A DNA stretch of 64,000 bases. It comes from a virus. The stretch's first letter is position 1, and each line of letters starts with the position of its first letter. This document shows, one piece after another, positions 29,999 to 39,494 of the stretch. Below the pieces are notes generated by a model. The model was not told where the DNA came from, made no database searches, and saw only the letters and a program-made list of their open reading frames with translations. The translations under genes were made by a program, and so were the position numbers. The stretch covers positions 12,546 to 76,545 of IMG/VR virus record IMGVR_UViG_3300010412_000005; one strand, 5' to 3'.

Positions 29999-30767
29999 CT
30001 TGCATCAATAAGTTAAAGAATTGCTGGTTTCTTTTACGGCAATCATCGAGCAAAAGTCTAGGAGCTACATTAAGGACAGCGCTACCAGTCTGCTCAACGT
30101 AGTTCTCTTTGTTTGCATACACTCCATGCCAAGGAAGACCTGCGAAGAATCTGCTCATCCACGCATTCATTACAATGACTGGCTTTTGTATGAGCATGCT
30201 CCAATACGCACCGTGATATGAGTTGGTTAGGACCACATGCCCCTTGCTCAAGAAGTCGATGATCAGCTTCATGTCATCGGTCTCGAAGTTGGACATTCTT
30301 GGGTGCGGAAGATCGAGCGGAAAGTCATCGTGGTAATACATCACGTATGCCTCATTCGGTCTCGGTCTATGGATCAGAAACTCAGAATGCATGCATGAAG
30401 CGCACGGAACGTAGTGGAATGGATTGGTCCTATCCCTGAGTCCAACGATATCAAACTCTTTAAGCCACTCATGCCAATGACCATGACACATGTGGTGGTA
30501 ATTACTCCCAACACCCCACATGACAACCTTACAGTCAGGGTTCAACTCCTTAGCCTCATGCAACGCCTTTCTCATTGCGTCATCTACCTGCGTATGAAGC
30601 ATCCCTCCACCGCCGAAGATCAACATGTCGATAGGAACGCGCTGCTTCCACTTGAAGATGTCAAAGCTTTGGCACTCGTGCTTCGACCAATCGAAGTAGT
30701 GGAATGGATTACATAGTATATCCCCTACGTTCGATGTGTCATGGAAATGGACGAAGGCAATCTTCAT
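29964..30767 (-). CDS. polysaccharide pyruvyl transferase-like protein
   Basis: NVGD, IFGGGGML, WGVG, VGLRD, VLTNSYHG. Confidence 0.75.
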   Translation of the reverse strand: MKIAFVHFHDTSNVGDILCNPFHYFDWSKHECQSFDIFKWKQRVPIDMLIFGGGGMLHTQVDDAMRKALHEAKELNPDCKVVMWGVGSNYHHMCHGHWHEWLKEFDIVGLRDRTNPFHYVPCASCMHSEFLIHRPRPNEAYVMYYHDDFPLDLPHPRMSNFETDDMKLIIDFLSKGHVVLTNSYHGAYWSMLIQKPVIVMNAWMSRFFAGLPWHGVYANKENYVEQTGSAVLNVAPRLLLDDCRKRNQQFFNLLMQDANDSTEPRLV

Positions 30768-31444
30768 TTAGTTGTTCGATACAACTTTGCGAAGTCCCAC
30801 TCTTTCTGGATACCGATGCCAAATCGTTGAGGAGGCATCACATGCGTATTGTCTTGAAGCCCAGCATCAATGAAGTGTTGGTTCCAATCGGAGTGTGGAA
30901 GCGTGGTCAGATGAGGCTCGTTGCCTGCTCGTGGACCTGTCTGTCCTGGGTTGATCAGCAAGATGTGAAGCAAACCACCTGGAGCCATGATGCGATTCAG
31001 TTCCCTGCATGCATTAGGAACGTCCTTTAACGGAATCATTGTCATGACTCCGATGCAGTAGACAAAGTCGAACGAGTTATCATCGAATGGAAGCTTGGCT
31101 CTGAGATCTCCAAAAGGAATCTTCAGGTCGAAGTGCTCAAGTCCAAGCCGTCTCGCTGCCTCAGAAAACTCGCAACCCATGATGCGGAATCCATGCTTAT
31201 GGAAGTCCACCATCATGTTCCCAGGCCCACAGCTAACATCGCATATCCTGGGATTGGAAGGCAGCAAGCTGTCCTTAACAAGGGCTGACACATACTGGCG
31301 AAGGCTGTGCGCATCCCTATCAATGCGTCTTCGGCCAACCCTGTTTGGTGCCATCCAATACTTCTCTCCGAAGTCCTCTGGGTTGTATCCATTCTGGATA
31401 ATCTCAGGTGTCTTCTTACGCTCTGGTAAAGATTGAACTATCAT
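30764..31444 (-). CDS. class I SAM methyltransferase
   Basis: ICDVSCGPG, LPFDDNSFDFVY, ELNRIMAPGG. Confidence 0.88.
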   Translation of the reverse strand: MIVQSLPERKKTPEIIQNGYNPEDFGEKYWMAPNRVGRRRIDRDAHSLRQYVSALVKDSLLPSNPRICDVSCGPGNMMVDFHKHGFRIMGCEFSEAARRLGLEHFDLKIPFGDLRAKLPFDDNSFDFVYCIGVMTMIPLKDVPNACRELNRIMAPGGLLHILLINPGQTGPRAGNEPHLTTLPHSDWNQHFIDAGLQDNTHVMPPQRFGIGIQKEWDFAKLYRTTK

Positions 31445-32181
31445 AGGCGATCAGTGTGCGGCATTGGGACTCGTCCGTCTATTCCAACCCATAGATTTGG
31501 CCTTCTCCAGACCGTGTTTCCGATTTTGCGGCTGCTCTCAAGAATTGTGTTCTGCTTCAGCCCCTCTGCAATGGCGCGGCAGACGGATTGATTGCCAATG
31601 AACAGCTTCGCCCCGGCTATGAGTCTTGCAGCGTCAATGAGCTGAGGAGTCTCAGCGTATGGGATTGGACCGCATTCCTCTTGGAAGTTGTCGTATTCGT
31701 CCAGCCTACCTATGAAGACAGCCACGTTCTTGTAGCGCTCATAGATCCTCTTCCAGCTGAACATTGGGTTCCTATATCGAGGGGTCCGATTGATTATGAC
31801 CGGCCTGCCTGGAACCTCTGCCTTGTGATCGACGGTCAACCAAGGATGGTTAGACTCATCAGGAACCTGGATTAACTCTGCATGATACTGGCACAAATTC
31901 TTCCAGCGCTTGAAGTTGTTGATCAGATAGTTGCGGTATGGATCGAAGTCAACATCCCATCTTTGGCTTGGCTTCTGGATGTAGCAGTCTTCGATGTATG
32001 GCTGGACCCGTATCAAAGACGCAACGCTCTCACCCCATTCATCAGTAAATGGGTGGAGGGTTCCCTGCTTCCTTCCTAGGACGAACGTGAACTTCTCGTG
32101 ACCCCTTTTCTTAGCCAGAGTTCTGGCAGCAGGAAGGCTGTAAAGAACATCCCCTGCATCTCCTGAGTGGATGAACGTCAT
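31441..32181 (-). CDS. GT9-like (GT-B) glycosyltransferase
   Basis: HSGDAGDVLYSLP and LIAGAKLFIGNQS...AIAEGL. Confidence 0.7.
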   Translation of the reverse strand: MTFIHSGDAGDVLYSLPAARTLAKKRGHEKFTFVLGRKQGTLHPFTDEWGESVASLIRVQPYIEDCYIQKPSQRWDVDFDPYRNYLINNFKRWKNLCQYHAELIQVPDESNHPWLTVDHKAEVPGRPVIINRTPRYRNPMFSWKRIYERYKNVAVFIGRLDEYDNFQEECGPIPYAETPQLIDAARLIAGAKLFIGNQSVCRAIAEGLKQNTILESSRKIGNTVWRRPNLWVGIDGRVPMPHTDRL

Positions 32182-32184
32182 TGA

Positions 32185-32469
32185 TCAAGCTCCGAAGCTA
32201 TATTCAATTCCATACTTTTTCTTCAGGTCTGTCGCCTTGATCTTTGCCCATTCCCAAGCAGAGGACGAGTGGATGAAGTGCTCAGTCTTGCGTTTCTGGT
32301 GGAGGACTGGCTTGCCGTAGTGCACCCTCCCCTGGCACACCGCTGGTTCCTTCCATCGGAATACCCAAGCTTGCCCGTCTCTTGTTTCCCTTCCTGGCAC
32401 CTTTACGAAAGATATTCTTGCGTTGAACCTTCTTTTTCGGGGCTTCTTGTTTGGATTCTGGTCGCTCAT
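32185..32469 (-). CDS. hypothetical basic protein
   Basis: 94 aa ORF filling the gap to the next gene. Confidence 0.5.
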   Translation of the reverse strand: MSDQNPNKKPRKRRFNARISFVKVPGRETRDGQAWVFRWKEPAVCQGRVHYGKPVLHQKRKTEHFIHSSSAWEWAKIKATDLKKKYGIEYSFGA

Positions 32470-33058
32470 TTTGGGGTTGTGGGTTTGGAGTTGGTTCGAC
32501 AGCTACCTGATTCGGTTCGCTGTTCCGAAGCGCTTCTGGGTGTGTCGGTCTGCCGTGCATCTCTCTGGCATTTGGCCCAGCAAAGACGGCTGGCTTCAGC
32601 AGATCTGGGTTAACGTCATCGCCCTTGGTCGGGCGTGGACGCAGGTCGATAGACTCAGAGTCCACCCCAAAGGCAGGCTTGGCAGCGCTTGGAGCAGGAC
32701 TAGGGGCAGGGCGTGGCGCTGTCCTGGGCGTAGGAGGCGTTTGGGGTTGGGGTGGTGTCTTGGCACCCGACAAACTCCTGACGGCTCCTTGGGGCATCTT
32801 AGGCTCAGGAATGGCCTGTTGCTCCTCAGCCTTGGATTTGGGCCTGATCCTCCCCTTACCGATATACATGCACTCGTAGTCATTCGCCTTGAACGTGAAC
32901 GACATTGTGCCTGGAACGCTGCTTGGGGTTCTACCCCAGCACAGCAGCTCGCTGCCTTGGGTTGATATTACGATGCCAGTGGTTCCAATGTCTTGGCCCT
33001 TAACTACTTGCACGCAATCGTTTGGCTCGATGATGATAGCGCCGTCGATCTCTTTCAT
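32282..33058 (-). CDS. hypothetical protein, KOW/SH3-like N-terminus and Pro-rich tail
   Basis: PNDCVQVVKGQDIGTTGIV resembles KOW; ATGA coupling to recombinase. Confidence 0.55.
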   Translation of the reverse strand: MKEIDGAIIIEPNDCVQVVKGQDIGTTGIVISTQGSELLCWGRTPSSVPGTMSFTFKANDYECMYIGKGRIRPKSKAEEQQAIPEPKMPQGAVRSLSGAKTPPQPQTPPTPRTAPRPAPSPAPSAAKPAFGVDSESIDLRPRPTKGDDVNPDLLKPAVFAGPNAREMHGRPTHPEALRNSEPNQVAVEPTPNPQPQNERPESKQEAPKKKVQRKNIFRKGARKGNKRRASLGIPMEGTSGVPGEGALRQASPPPETQD

Positions 33059-34071
33059 AGGTTCTTTCTGAGTGTGAGCATTGCTGTCTTTGCTGAAGCC
33101 GCTGTCGGCACAAAGTAATGGTCGAGTGTCTGCCTATCCTTGATCCCAACGATTGAGCGAACCGCTTCGCTGTCTGCTCCGTTCGTTATCAGTCTGGTAA
33201 TCAACGTCCTACGGAATGTGTGGAACGTCTTGTCGACGATCTTGCACTTCTTGCGGAGCCATCGGTTGAACTCAAGGACTGCCTGATACCCTCCGCGCTT
33301 GTCGCTGGTCATTGCCTGGAGGACAGGGCAGAGATACCCACTGTCGTCTGGAGGGTTGAACTTTAGGTAGACTAGCAGCTTGGCCAAGTCAGACCCAGAC
33401 AACCAAGGTATGCACACAGACATTCCACTGCGCTTGGTCTTACGTGGGACCAGCGTGATGACCTGCTCTTGCCAGTCAATGTTCTCGTAGCGCAGGTTGG
33501 CAACATCAACCATCCGAAGTCCTGTGTTCCAGCCGACAATCGCTGCGTAGTTCCAGATCGTGCCCTTCGATTTCTTGACGATCAGATCGTATTCATCCTC
33601 AGTGAACGTCTCTCTCTTGAGGGGCTTAGATCCAATGCGAACCCTGACGTCATCCCAAGGGTTCCCATCTATTGAGCCCATCTGTAACAACCACGCAAAG
33701 AACTGCTTAACGTGTATTCGGTAGCTGTCTATGGTGTTGGGAGACAGGGCTCTATCTTTGAGAGCCTCTATCCAAGTCTCAAGCAGCTTCGCTGTGATGG
33801 TCTGTGTGTCTAGCAAGTCGGTGAATGCGATGAAGTCTGTTAGAGCTTTGCGGTCTTGCCTGATGGTTTCGTAGGTCAGCTTTCTCTTGGCTCGTGTCTC
33901 CAGATATTGCTCAGCTGCCTGAATGATGGCCTGCTGATTCAGGTTCACCTTGGCCGATGGGCTTCGCTTTTCGAGGGCGACCGATAGTCTTGGGAGCTTT
34001 TCCGCTTTCTTCGTAGTCGGATCTGATTCTAATTTGTTGGGTGACATAACCTTGTGTAAGGCCACGCCCAA
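33055..34071 (-). CDS. tyrosine recombinase / integrase
   Basis: LSPNTIDSY core-binding domain; TGLR, KTK, FHTFRRT and terminal HY catalytic residues; true start uncertain. Confidence 0.9.
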   Translation of the reverse strand: MGVALHKVMSPNKLESDPTTKKAEKLPRLSVALEKRSPSAKVNLNQQAIIQAAEQYLETRAKRKLTYETIRQDRKALTDFIAFTDLLDTQTITAKLLETWIEALKDRALSPNTIDSYRIHVKQFFAWLLQMGSIDGNPWDDVRVRIGSKPLKRETFTEDEYDLIVKKSKGTIWNYAAIVGWNTGLRMVDVANLRYENIDWQEQVITLVPRKTKRSGMSVCIPWLSGSDLAKLLVYLKFNPPDDSGYLCPVLQAMTSDKRGGYQAVLEFNRWLRKKCKIVDKTFHTFRRTLITRLITNGADSEAVRSIVGIKDRQTLDHYFVPTAASAKTAMLTLRKNL

Positions 34072-34351
34072 TAGTCTTCAGTCCATCTCGACTCCAGGCG
34101 CGGCGTAGATAGAACAGTTTCTTGCGCGGTCGGAGAAGGTCCAACCCGCAACCATCAGCAAATCTGAGAGCGTCACCAACAGCCACGTGCTCCCAGGTTG
34201 GCTGCAGCGCAATCCAGTTGGTGACCTGATACGATAGCCCAGCGTCCTTAGCTATCTCGCGGAGTGACTTAGCCTTGGCCTTTCTGCGTGCACAGAGTCT
34301 GGCTATGCAGGGTGGAATTTGGTCGAGATGTTGAAGCAGGTTGCTCTTCAT
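33911..34351 (-). CDS. probable HTH DNA-binding protein
   Basis: SLREIAKDAGLSYQVTNWI helix-turn-helix pattern. Confidence 0.6.
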   Translation of the reverse strand: MKSNLLQHLDQIPPCIARLCARRKAKAKSLREIAKDAGLSYQVTNWIALQPTWEHVAVGDALRFADGCGLDLLRPRKKLFYLRRAWSRDGLKTIGRGLTQGYVTQQIRIRSDYEESGKAPKTIGRPRKAKPIGQGEPESAGHHSGS

Positions 34352-35121
34352 AGATCCGCGTTATGCGGAACAACATGAGGCAATTCTGTCTCCTGTGTCA
34401 ACTGCCTATCTACCAGCACCGGCTTACAGATGAGGTTGAGTCTCTCGACTATAGGAATTCCGATTGAAGGAGTGAACATGGCAGCCAGCTCATTGCCATC
34501 ACAGTTGCTCGTCACAACTAGGCCAAGCTTCTGCTCGTGTCTCAGCTTGATGAAGTTGAATACCTCTTCCTCGATCCTCCTTCCCTCGCCCCTGAACTTT
34601 CCAAGATCATCGAGAAGGAAGAATGGAACCATTGCATCATTCTCATACCAATCCCATAGCGTCTTGTTCGCTATGTTTCTCTCAATCATAGCGCGGAATG
34701 AGCGAGGATCGTAGCACCTGACTTCGTTGCCAAGCTTGAGCTGGTTGATTGCCATCTGGTATGCCATGCGGCTTTTGCAGCACTGCGGTGGACCATAGAA
34801 GATCACGCCTCTTTGACCTTTAACCCAGTCTCCGTGCGTCTTCCAGATGTTCTGAGGAAACCGTTCCTCTTCGCTGTCTTGGTAGATTGGAGGAACCCAG
34901 GTCTTCAGTCGTTTATCGAACTGCGTCTCTGGTCTTCCCCTGGTCTGCTCAGCTTTGTGCCTGAAGTATTCGACAGTCGATGGTCCGAGTTGACCGTCGC
35001 ACTTTGGGCAAACAATCCTGAGCATGATTCCACTATCTCGATAGAAGTCCAATCCGTGCTTATCCACTTTGACACAGCGCTCTTGTCCGCAAACTGAGCA
35101 GTTGTATCTGAAGTCAACCAT
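34348..35121 (-). CDS. DnaC/IstB-like ATPase (helicase loader) with N-terminal Zn finger
   Basis: CSVC..CPKC; IFYGPPQCCKS, FLLDDLG, VVTSN, IVERL; start set at ATG 35121. Confidence 0.8.
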   Translation of the reverse strand: MVDFRYNCSVCGQERCVKVDKHGLDFYRDSGIMLRIVCPKCDGQLGPSTVEYFRHKAEQTRGRPETQFDKRLKTWVPPIYQDSEEERFPQNIWKTHGDWVKGQRGVIFYGPPQCCKSRMAYQMAINQLKLGNEVRCYDPRSFRAMIERNIANKTLWDWYENDAMVPFFLLDDLGKFRGEGRRIEEEVFNFIKLRHEQKLGLVVTSNCDGNELAAMFTPSIGIPIVERLNLICKPVLVDRQLTQETELPHVVPHNADL

Positions 35122-35155
35122 CTCTTCTTGGTAAACTGTTTGGACATCTATCTGC

Positions 35156-35446
35156 TCACAGGCATGGTGCGTCAAATGGGGCTGGTGGTGTAAGTGTCGG
35201 GTCCTTGGGTGGTGTGGCATCGAAGAACTCCTCATGTAGTCGTTCAAGCTCAAGTATCTGAGAGCGTTTATCAGGAGGAAGGAGATCTATCAGGATCTTC
35301 TTCTGATTCCTCAGATTCTTGATTTCCTTGAATTGATCTATCGTCTGGTTCACGTAGAAGTTTACCTTCGCTTGCAGCCTTCCGTTCTCCTTCTTTAACG
35401 AAAGGATCTTCTCCTTCAAACTGATCAAGATTTCGTCGTTCGACAT
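35156..35446 (-). CDS. hypothetical coiled-coil protein
   Basis: 96 aa heptad pattern. Confidence 0.55.
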   Translation of the reverse strand: MSNDEILISLKEKILSLKKENGRLQAKVNFYVNQTIDQFKEIKNLRNQKKILIDLLPPDKRSQILELERLHEEFFDATPPKDPTLTPPAPFDAPCL

Positions 35447-35684
35447 TTCGCCTTAGTCCTTTTTCTTTCGCCATCATCATGGCGATACATTTCCTGACTT
35501 CTCTCTGCCACTTGCGGTGCTTCTCTGATTTAGGATCTTCGTTATACAGATTGTTCAGAAGCGCACGTGCATCGGCTGGGATCATGTCCCAGTGCATGGC
35601 ACAGAACAAACCGTTGTCGTCAATCGCCTCAGATCCGCACGCGAACGCTTGGCACTCTTTCTTTCCGTTATTCGTTTTGGTCAT
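35271..35684 (-). CDS. hypothetical Zn-binding protein
   Basis: CQAFAC...FCAMHW. Confidence 0.55.
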   Translation of the reverse strand: MTKTNNGKKECQAFACGSEAIDDNGLFCAMHWDMIPADARALLNNLYNEDPKSEKHRKWQREVRKCIAMMMAKEKGLRRNVERRNLDQFEGEDPFVKEGERKAASEGKLLREPDDRSIQGNQESEESEEDPDRSPSS

Positions 35685-36099
35685 ATACTCTGTTTAATGG
35701 ACCGAACCCCTTACTGATGTCAAACGTATCACCCAGAAGAATCATTTTGTTTTGTATCTCATCTCGTATTTCTTCTGGTAGCATTTCCATTAGCTCTTTC
35801 AGCTTTGTCTTCCAGTCATCTCCTGGGTTGTTCTGAAGCTCATCAACCTTCTTAATCAGGTCGTTAACATCTGGAACCTTTGGAGTGAGAATGGCCTCAC
35901 GATCTTCATCGCTCAGTTCCTCGGTCTTCACTTCACAGCCAGTGACTTCAGCAAGCCACTGCGGAATACCCTCAGCCACTTTCTTTGCCATGAGCATAGC
36001 AACAGCTCGCTCAGCATTTGTCATATTCTCTTCATCAGTGCGCTGATGGCATGCAATGCATCCGTCTATGTCTTCGATCCTGAAGCTTAACGTAACCAT
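35668..36099 (-). CDS. hypothetical protein
   Basis: 143 aa, coupled to neighbours. Confidence 0.55.
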   Translation of the reverse strand: MVTLSFRIEDIDGCIACHQRTDEENMTNAERAVAMLMAKKVAEGIPQWLAEVTGCEVKTEELSDEDREAILTPKVPDVNDLIKKVDELQNNPGDDWKTKLKELMEMLPEEIRDEIQNKMILLGDTFDISKGFGPLNRVYDQNE

Positions 36100-36593
36100 G
36101 TTGTTTTTCCTTTCTGTGTGGTTTGTTTGTTGTCAACCTGAGACTCAAGTGAGTTCAGGTAGCTTCCCCGGTTAAACCACGTTGCCGGGTAAGGTATCTT
36201 GTCTTTATCAACCCTACGCGTAATAACGTAGGCTGCATATACCTGGACAGCTTTTAGAAGCCATGCCGCTTTGTCTTGCGTTCGAACTGGTATAGCTGCG
36301 TCGGACATAGCTTTGCGAATAGCTTTGTATGCAGCATGCCTGTCCCTTCGTCTTGGATATGCGTTGTAGATATCTGCGACAGCATTCTCAACGAGTTCAT
36401 CCTTTCGTTTCTTTGGTTGTCCAAAGATGTGGTTGGCAATCTCTTCAGATGAACGCGATACTGCAGCAGTGGCCATGTCATAGCGCAGAACAACAGCAGT
36501 TTCTGAGATTCTGATGCTTGTATCCTTTGCTGGGCATGCTGCGACTACCTGCCTGATGCATTCAATCGCCTTGATGAAATCGCTTCGCCTCAT
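36087..36593 (-). CDS. phage replication initiator-like C-terminal domain protein
   Basis: IYNAYPRR...AAYKA...IPYPATWFN resembles phage replisome-organiser C-termini. Confidence 0.6.
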   Translation of the reverse strand: MRRSDFIKAIECIRQVVAACPAKDTSIRISETAVVLRYDMATAAVSRSSEEIANHIFGQPKKRKDELVENAVADIYNAYPRRRDRHAAYKAIRKAMSDAAIPVRTQDKAAWLLKAVQVYAAYVITRRVDKDKIPYPATWFNRGSYLNSLESQVDNKQTTQKGKTTWLR

Positions 36594-37456
36594 AACGGCA
36601 ACCTCCTGTCAAGAAGTGATCTTTTGCAGAAGTATATGTGTTGGTTTTCTCTGCTGCGTGCCAGTAAAGAGTGAGCGAACTGATCGTGACTGGTGCTAAC
36701 CTCGATGATTGTGTTCTTGTTGCCTTGAATGACAGTTCCGCTTGACGAAATCCAACATCTATTCTTTAGACGTTGGAAGTTGTTCGATGACAATGCACAC
36801 GCTCTTCTTGTATGCCCTGTGTCGTTCCATAGTATAACCTGCTGTCTGCGTGCATTCATCTTTTCCATGCTGTGACCATTCCAGCTTTTCTCACCAAGCC
36901 AGTAAGATCGCATCCAGTCTCCAATTATTGCCTGCGTAGTTGTGAACCAACTTCGGATTCTGACTACGTTCATACATGTAACAGAGACTTCGTAAAATGG
37001 AGGATACTTCCTCATCTCGTCCCTGCCTTTACTACAGCACGATGTCGCAGGGAATACCCTGATATGCACATGTATGTAGCAATCGGACACAGCCTCGAAC
37101 TCGTCCTTCTTTTTGTGATGCTCACTTGCAAGTGTGGACTCTACTGAATTGTGACCAAGCTGGAATGCGCGCTGGTTGAGTGCATAAGCTGTCACAGCAA
37201 CAGATCCATCTCCGCACGGAAACACAGAAACAGCTGCTGGTGCAACCCACAGAGCCAATGGTGTTGGCCATGCTGCAATCAAAGTGATGGACTGACTGAA
37301 GACAGCGCGGTCGAACTTCAAGCTCGCATCCCTTGAGAACCAGTCTATCGCTGACTGAGTTGTTTCATCGTATATTTTTGTCAGCGGTTCCTTCTGATCT
37401 ACGATTCCTTTGAGCATTCCTTTTGCGTCAGGTGGATACGCCTTTTGTAGAAACAT
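36590..37456 (-). CDS. hypothetical protein
   Basis: 288 aa, GGAG upstream, ATGA coupling. Confidence 0.6.
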   Translation of the reverse strand: MFLQKAYPPDAKGMLKGIVDQKEPLTKIYDETTQSAIDWFSRDASLKFDRAVFSQSITLIAAWPTPLALWVAPAAVSVFPCGDGSVAVTAYALNQRAFQLGHNSVESTLASEHHKKKDEFEAVSDCYIHVHIRVFPATSCCSKGRDEMRKYPPFYEVSVTCMNVVRIRSWFTTTQAIIGDWMRSYWLGEKSWNGHSMEKMNARRQQVILWNDTGHTRRACALSSNNFQRLKNRCWISSSGTVIQGNKNTIIEVSTSHDQFAHSLLARSRENQHIYFCKRSLLDRRLPL

Positions 37457-37503
37457 ATAACTCCACTCTCATTCCTTGTAATGACGGACGTTGCCGTCAG
37501 GGT

Positions 37504-37962
37504 TTATTGTTTTTCGCGAACGATCTGACTCACTCGCGCTTGTGTTATTCCGAACTTGTTTGCAAGTTGCTTCTGCAGAGCTTGCCCGTTGGCATATAGC
37601 CTGCGGATCTCGTCACGCTGTTTGTCTGTTATCTTTGCATTCGAATTGTTTTCTCCATGCCCAATAGGAGGACGAATTGGAACTCCTTTGGAGATTGCAT
37701 CCTTGATGTTGTCTCTGTTTGTTCCGAGCCAAAGGTGATCTGGATTGATGCACCTTTTAACGTCGCATGTGTGGCATACAAACATGCCATCTGGAATCGC
37801 ACCCTTCCATACTCTGTAAGCCACCCTGCTTGCTGCCATTGTCACAGTGCAGACTGCAATGCATCCATATCCCTTGCCATAAGATGGACCTGTGAAGATC
37901 CAACATCCATTGTCGTCAATCCGATACCGTTTGAGATGCGTCAACGCCCGTTGTTGGATCAT
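37504..37962 (-). CDS. HNH endonuclease with C-terminal HTH
   Basis: GCWIFTG, GYG, VCHTCDVKRCINPDHLWLGTNRDN, QKQLANKFGITQARVSQI. Confidence 0.9.
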   Translation of the reverse strand: MIQQRALTHLKRYRIDDNGCWIFTGPSYGKGYGCIAVCTVTMAASRVAYRVWKGAIPDGMFVCHTCDVKRCINPDHLWLGTNRDNIKDAISKGVPIRPPIGHGENNSNAKITDKQRDEIRRLYANGQALQKQLANKFGITQARVSQIVREKQ

Positions 37963-38347
37963 GGATGACAGTCTCGGTCCAACTTCCTTTGATCCTTTGA
38001 GCCATAACCCAACGAAACGTCGGGTATGCCTTGGCAGCTGCCCTGAGTTTAACCTTTGCGTCGTCATAGATGTATTCACCTTTCACTTCCCAAAAGGTAT
38101 TCACATCCCCAACGAAGAAGTCGCATTTATACCACGCCTTACCTTCACCAACTCTTAGGTTGATATCCTGACAGTGGATGTATTTGTAACCCCTTGCTTT
38201 GAGGATTTCATACCACTCCTGCTCAGCCTTTGTCATCTCGACAGGCTGATGCTCCACACGCTTAACGTGTGGCTCTGGCGGTGGAAGCTGCCCAAGCTGG
38301 GCAAGGGCTTGCCGTTGATACTTCTCTGGTAGATCAGAGATCTTCAC
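37916..38347 (-). CDS. small PD-(D/E)xK nuclease / resolvase-like
   Basis: YKCDFFV...FWEVKG...AKVKLRAA. Confidence 0.7.
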   Translation of the reverse strand: MKISDLPEKYQRQALAQLGQLPPPEPHVKRVEHQPVEMTKAEQEWYEILKARGYKYIHCQDINLRVGEGKAWYKCDFFVGDVNTFWEVKGEYIYDDAKVKLRAAAKAYPTFRWVMAQRIKGSWTETVIHDPTTGVDASQTVSD

Positions 38348-39494
38348 GAATCGGCCTCACCCGCTTCTGAGGTTCTTTGACAACCAGATTCGGTTCGATC
38401 TGTTCACGCCATGCCTTGAGCGCAGCTGCTTTGTTGCACTCAGCCGCATCCATGAAACGTGACACCCATACCTCCCTAATCTTTCCTATTGGAACTGTCA
38501 GAAGCGATGCGAACTCCTTGCCATCGCTGAAGTATTCCTTCACCAACTTGAATAGATCGTTCGGGTGGTTGACCGTGTGACCTGATGGATGGTCATAGAT
38601 CTCATATTCCTTGATCTCTCCACGTGCAACGCGCTCCTTGAATAGGTCCCTCACCTTCGTGCAGACCTGCTCGATCTGCGTGAGCTTTGGATATAGCGCA
38701 AGAAGCTGCTCATTGCTGAGAGAGTTGCATAGTGAGAACTCATGCTGCAGCACAAGCCCAAACGATTGACGTTGTGGGCACACCGCTGACACAGGACAGT
38801 ATGTGCAGTGATCTCCTGGTATGCGTGGCTGGTTTGCGTCGTCTGCTTTCCACAGCGCACGCAGCAGTTGATTGCGTATGGAAAGGCAGTCGTCGACAGT
38901 CATCCTGACTATGATGGCGCGTGAGCTAACAAGAGGTTGGAAGATCGCACCGTAAAGCTTTTCGAACTTCAATCCATTGAGCTTCTCATCGAACGCCATC
39001 AGCGTAAGGTATGTCTGCAGCTGCCAGTTCTTTGTGGCAACAGGAACAGGCTTTGGTCCGCGCTTGTAGTCTTCACAATACCACGTGCCTTGTCCGTCAG
39101 TTCCGAAGTAGTCTGGCTCACCAGACATCACGAACTGGTCCTTGTGCTTCATCCATAGACGCATGCGCACCCAGTTCTTGTTGATCTTGTCAGGACCACC
39201 AAACAGATCCTGAACTGTCATGTCGTGCATCAGTGTGCACTTCTCCGCTACGAACTCCTCGATCTCACCAAGCCCAATCTCAACAGGCTTGCCGTCGATC
39301 ATGCATTCGATGGCATCGTGAGTCTCGGTGCCGCTTTTCGCGATGGGGCTTTCTTCTTCTTGCGAGTGCTCCCACGTTTTTTTGGCGTAGAGGTAGCCTG
39401 GGCAGGCGATGATTCGGTGGGCTTCGCTTGCGCTTGGGAGCCCTCTGCGCTCATCGGTCTGATCCTGTTCTGCGGTCTGATTGATTTGAGCCAT
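38334..39494 (-). CDS. PD-(D/E)xK exonuclease (DUF2800/Cas4-like)
   Basis: SASEAHRIIACPG, GTETH, SGEPD, EDYKRG, WQLQTY, PGDHCTYCP...CP. Confidence 0.8.
   Translation of the reverse strand: MAQINQTAEQDQTDERRGLPSASEAHRIIACPGYLYAKKTWEHSQEEESPIAKSGTETHDAIECMIDGKPVEIGLGEIEEFVAEKCTLMHDMTVQDLFGGPDKINKNWVRMRLWMKHKDQFVMSGEPDYFGTDGQGTWYCEDYKRGPKPVPVATKNWQLQTYLTLMAFDEKLNGLKFEKLYGAIFQPLVSSRAIIVRMTVDDCLSIRNQLLRALWKADDANQPRIPGDHCTYCPVSAVCPQRQSFGLVLQHEFSLCNSLSNEQLLALYPKLTQIEQVCTKVRDLFKERVARGEIKEYEIYDHPSGHTVNHPNDLFKLVKEYFSDGKEFASLLTVPIGKIREVWVSRFMDAAECNKAAALKAWREQIEPNLVVKEPQKRVRPIREDL

Noticed and set aside
35122-35253. His-rich N-terminus of the DnaC-like ORF (similarly the His tail at 49588-49620)
   Set aside because: Alternative-frame reading of overlapping neighbours; probably not functional.
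38334-39494. Cas4-like nuclease as part of the RAMP system
   Set aside because: 13 kb away and near recT; fits an ordinary phage recombination pair.
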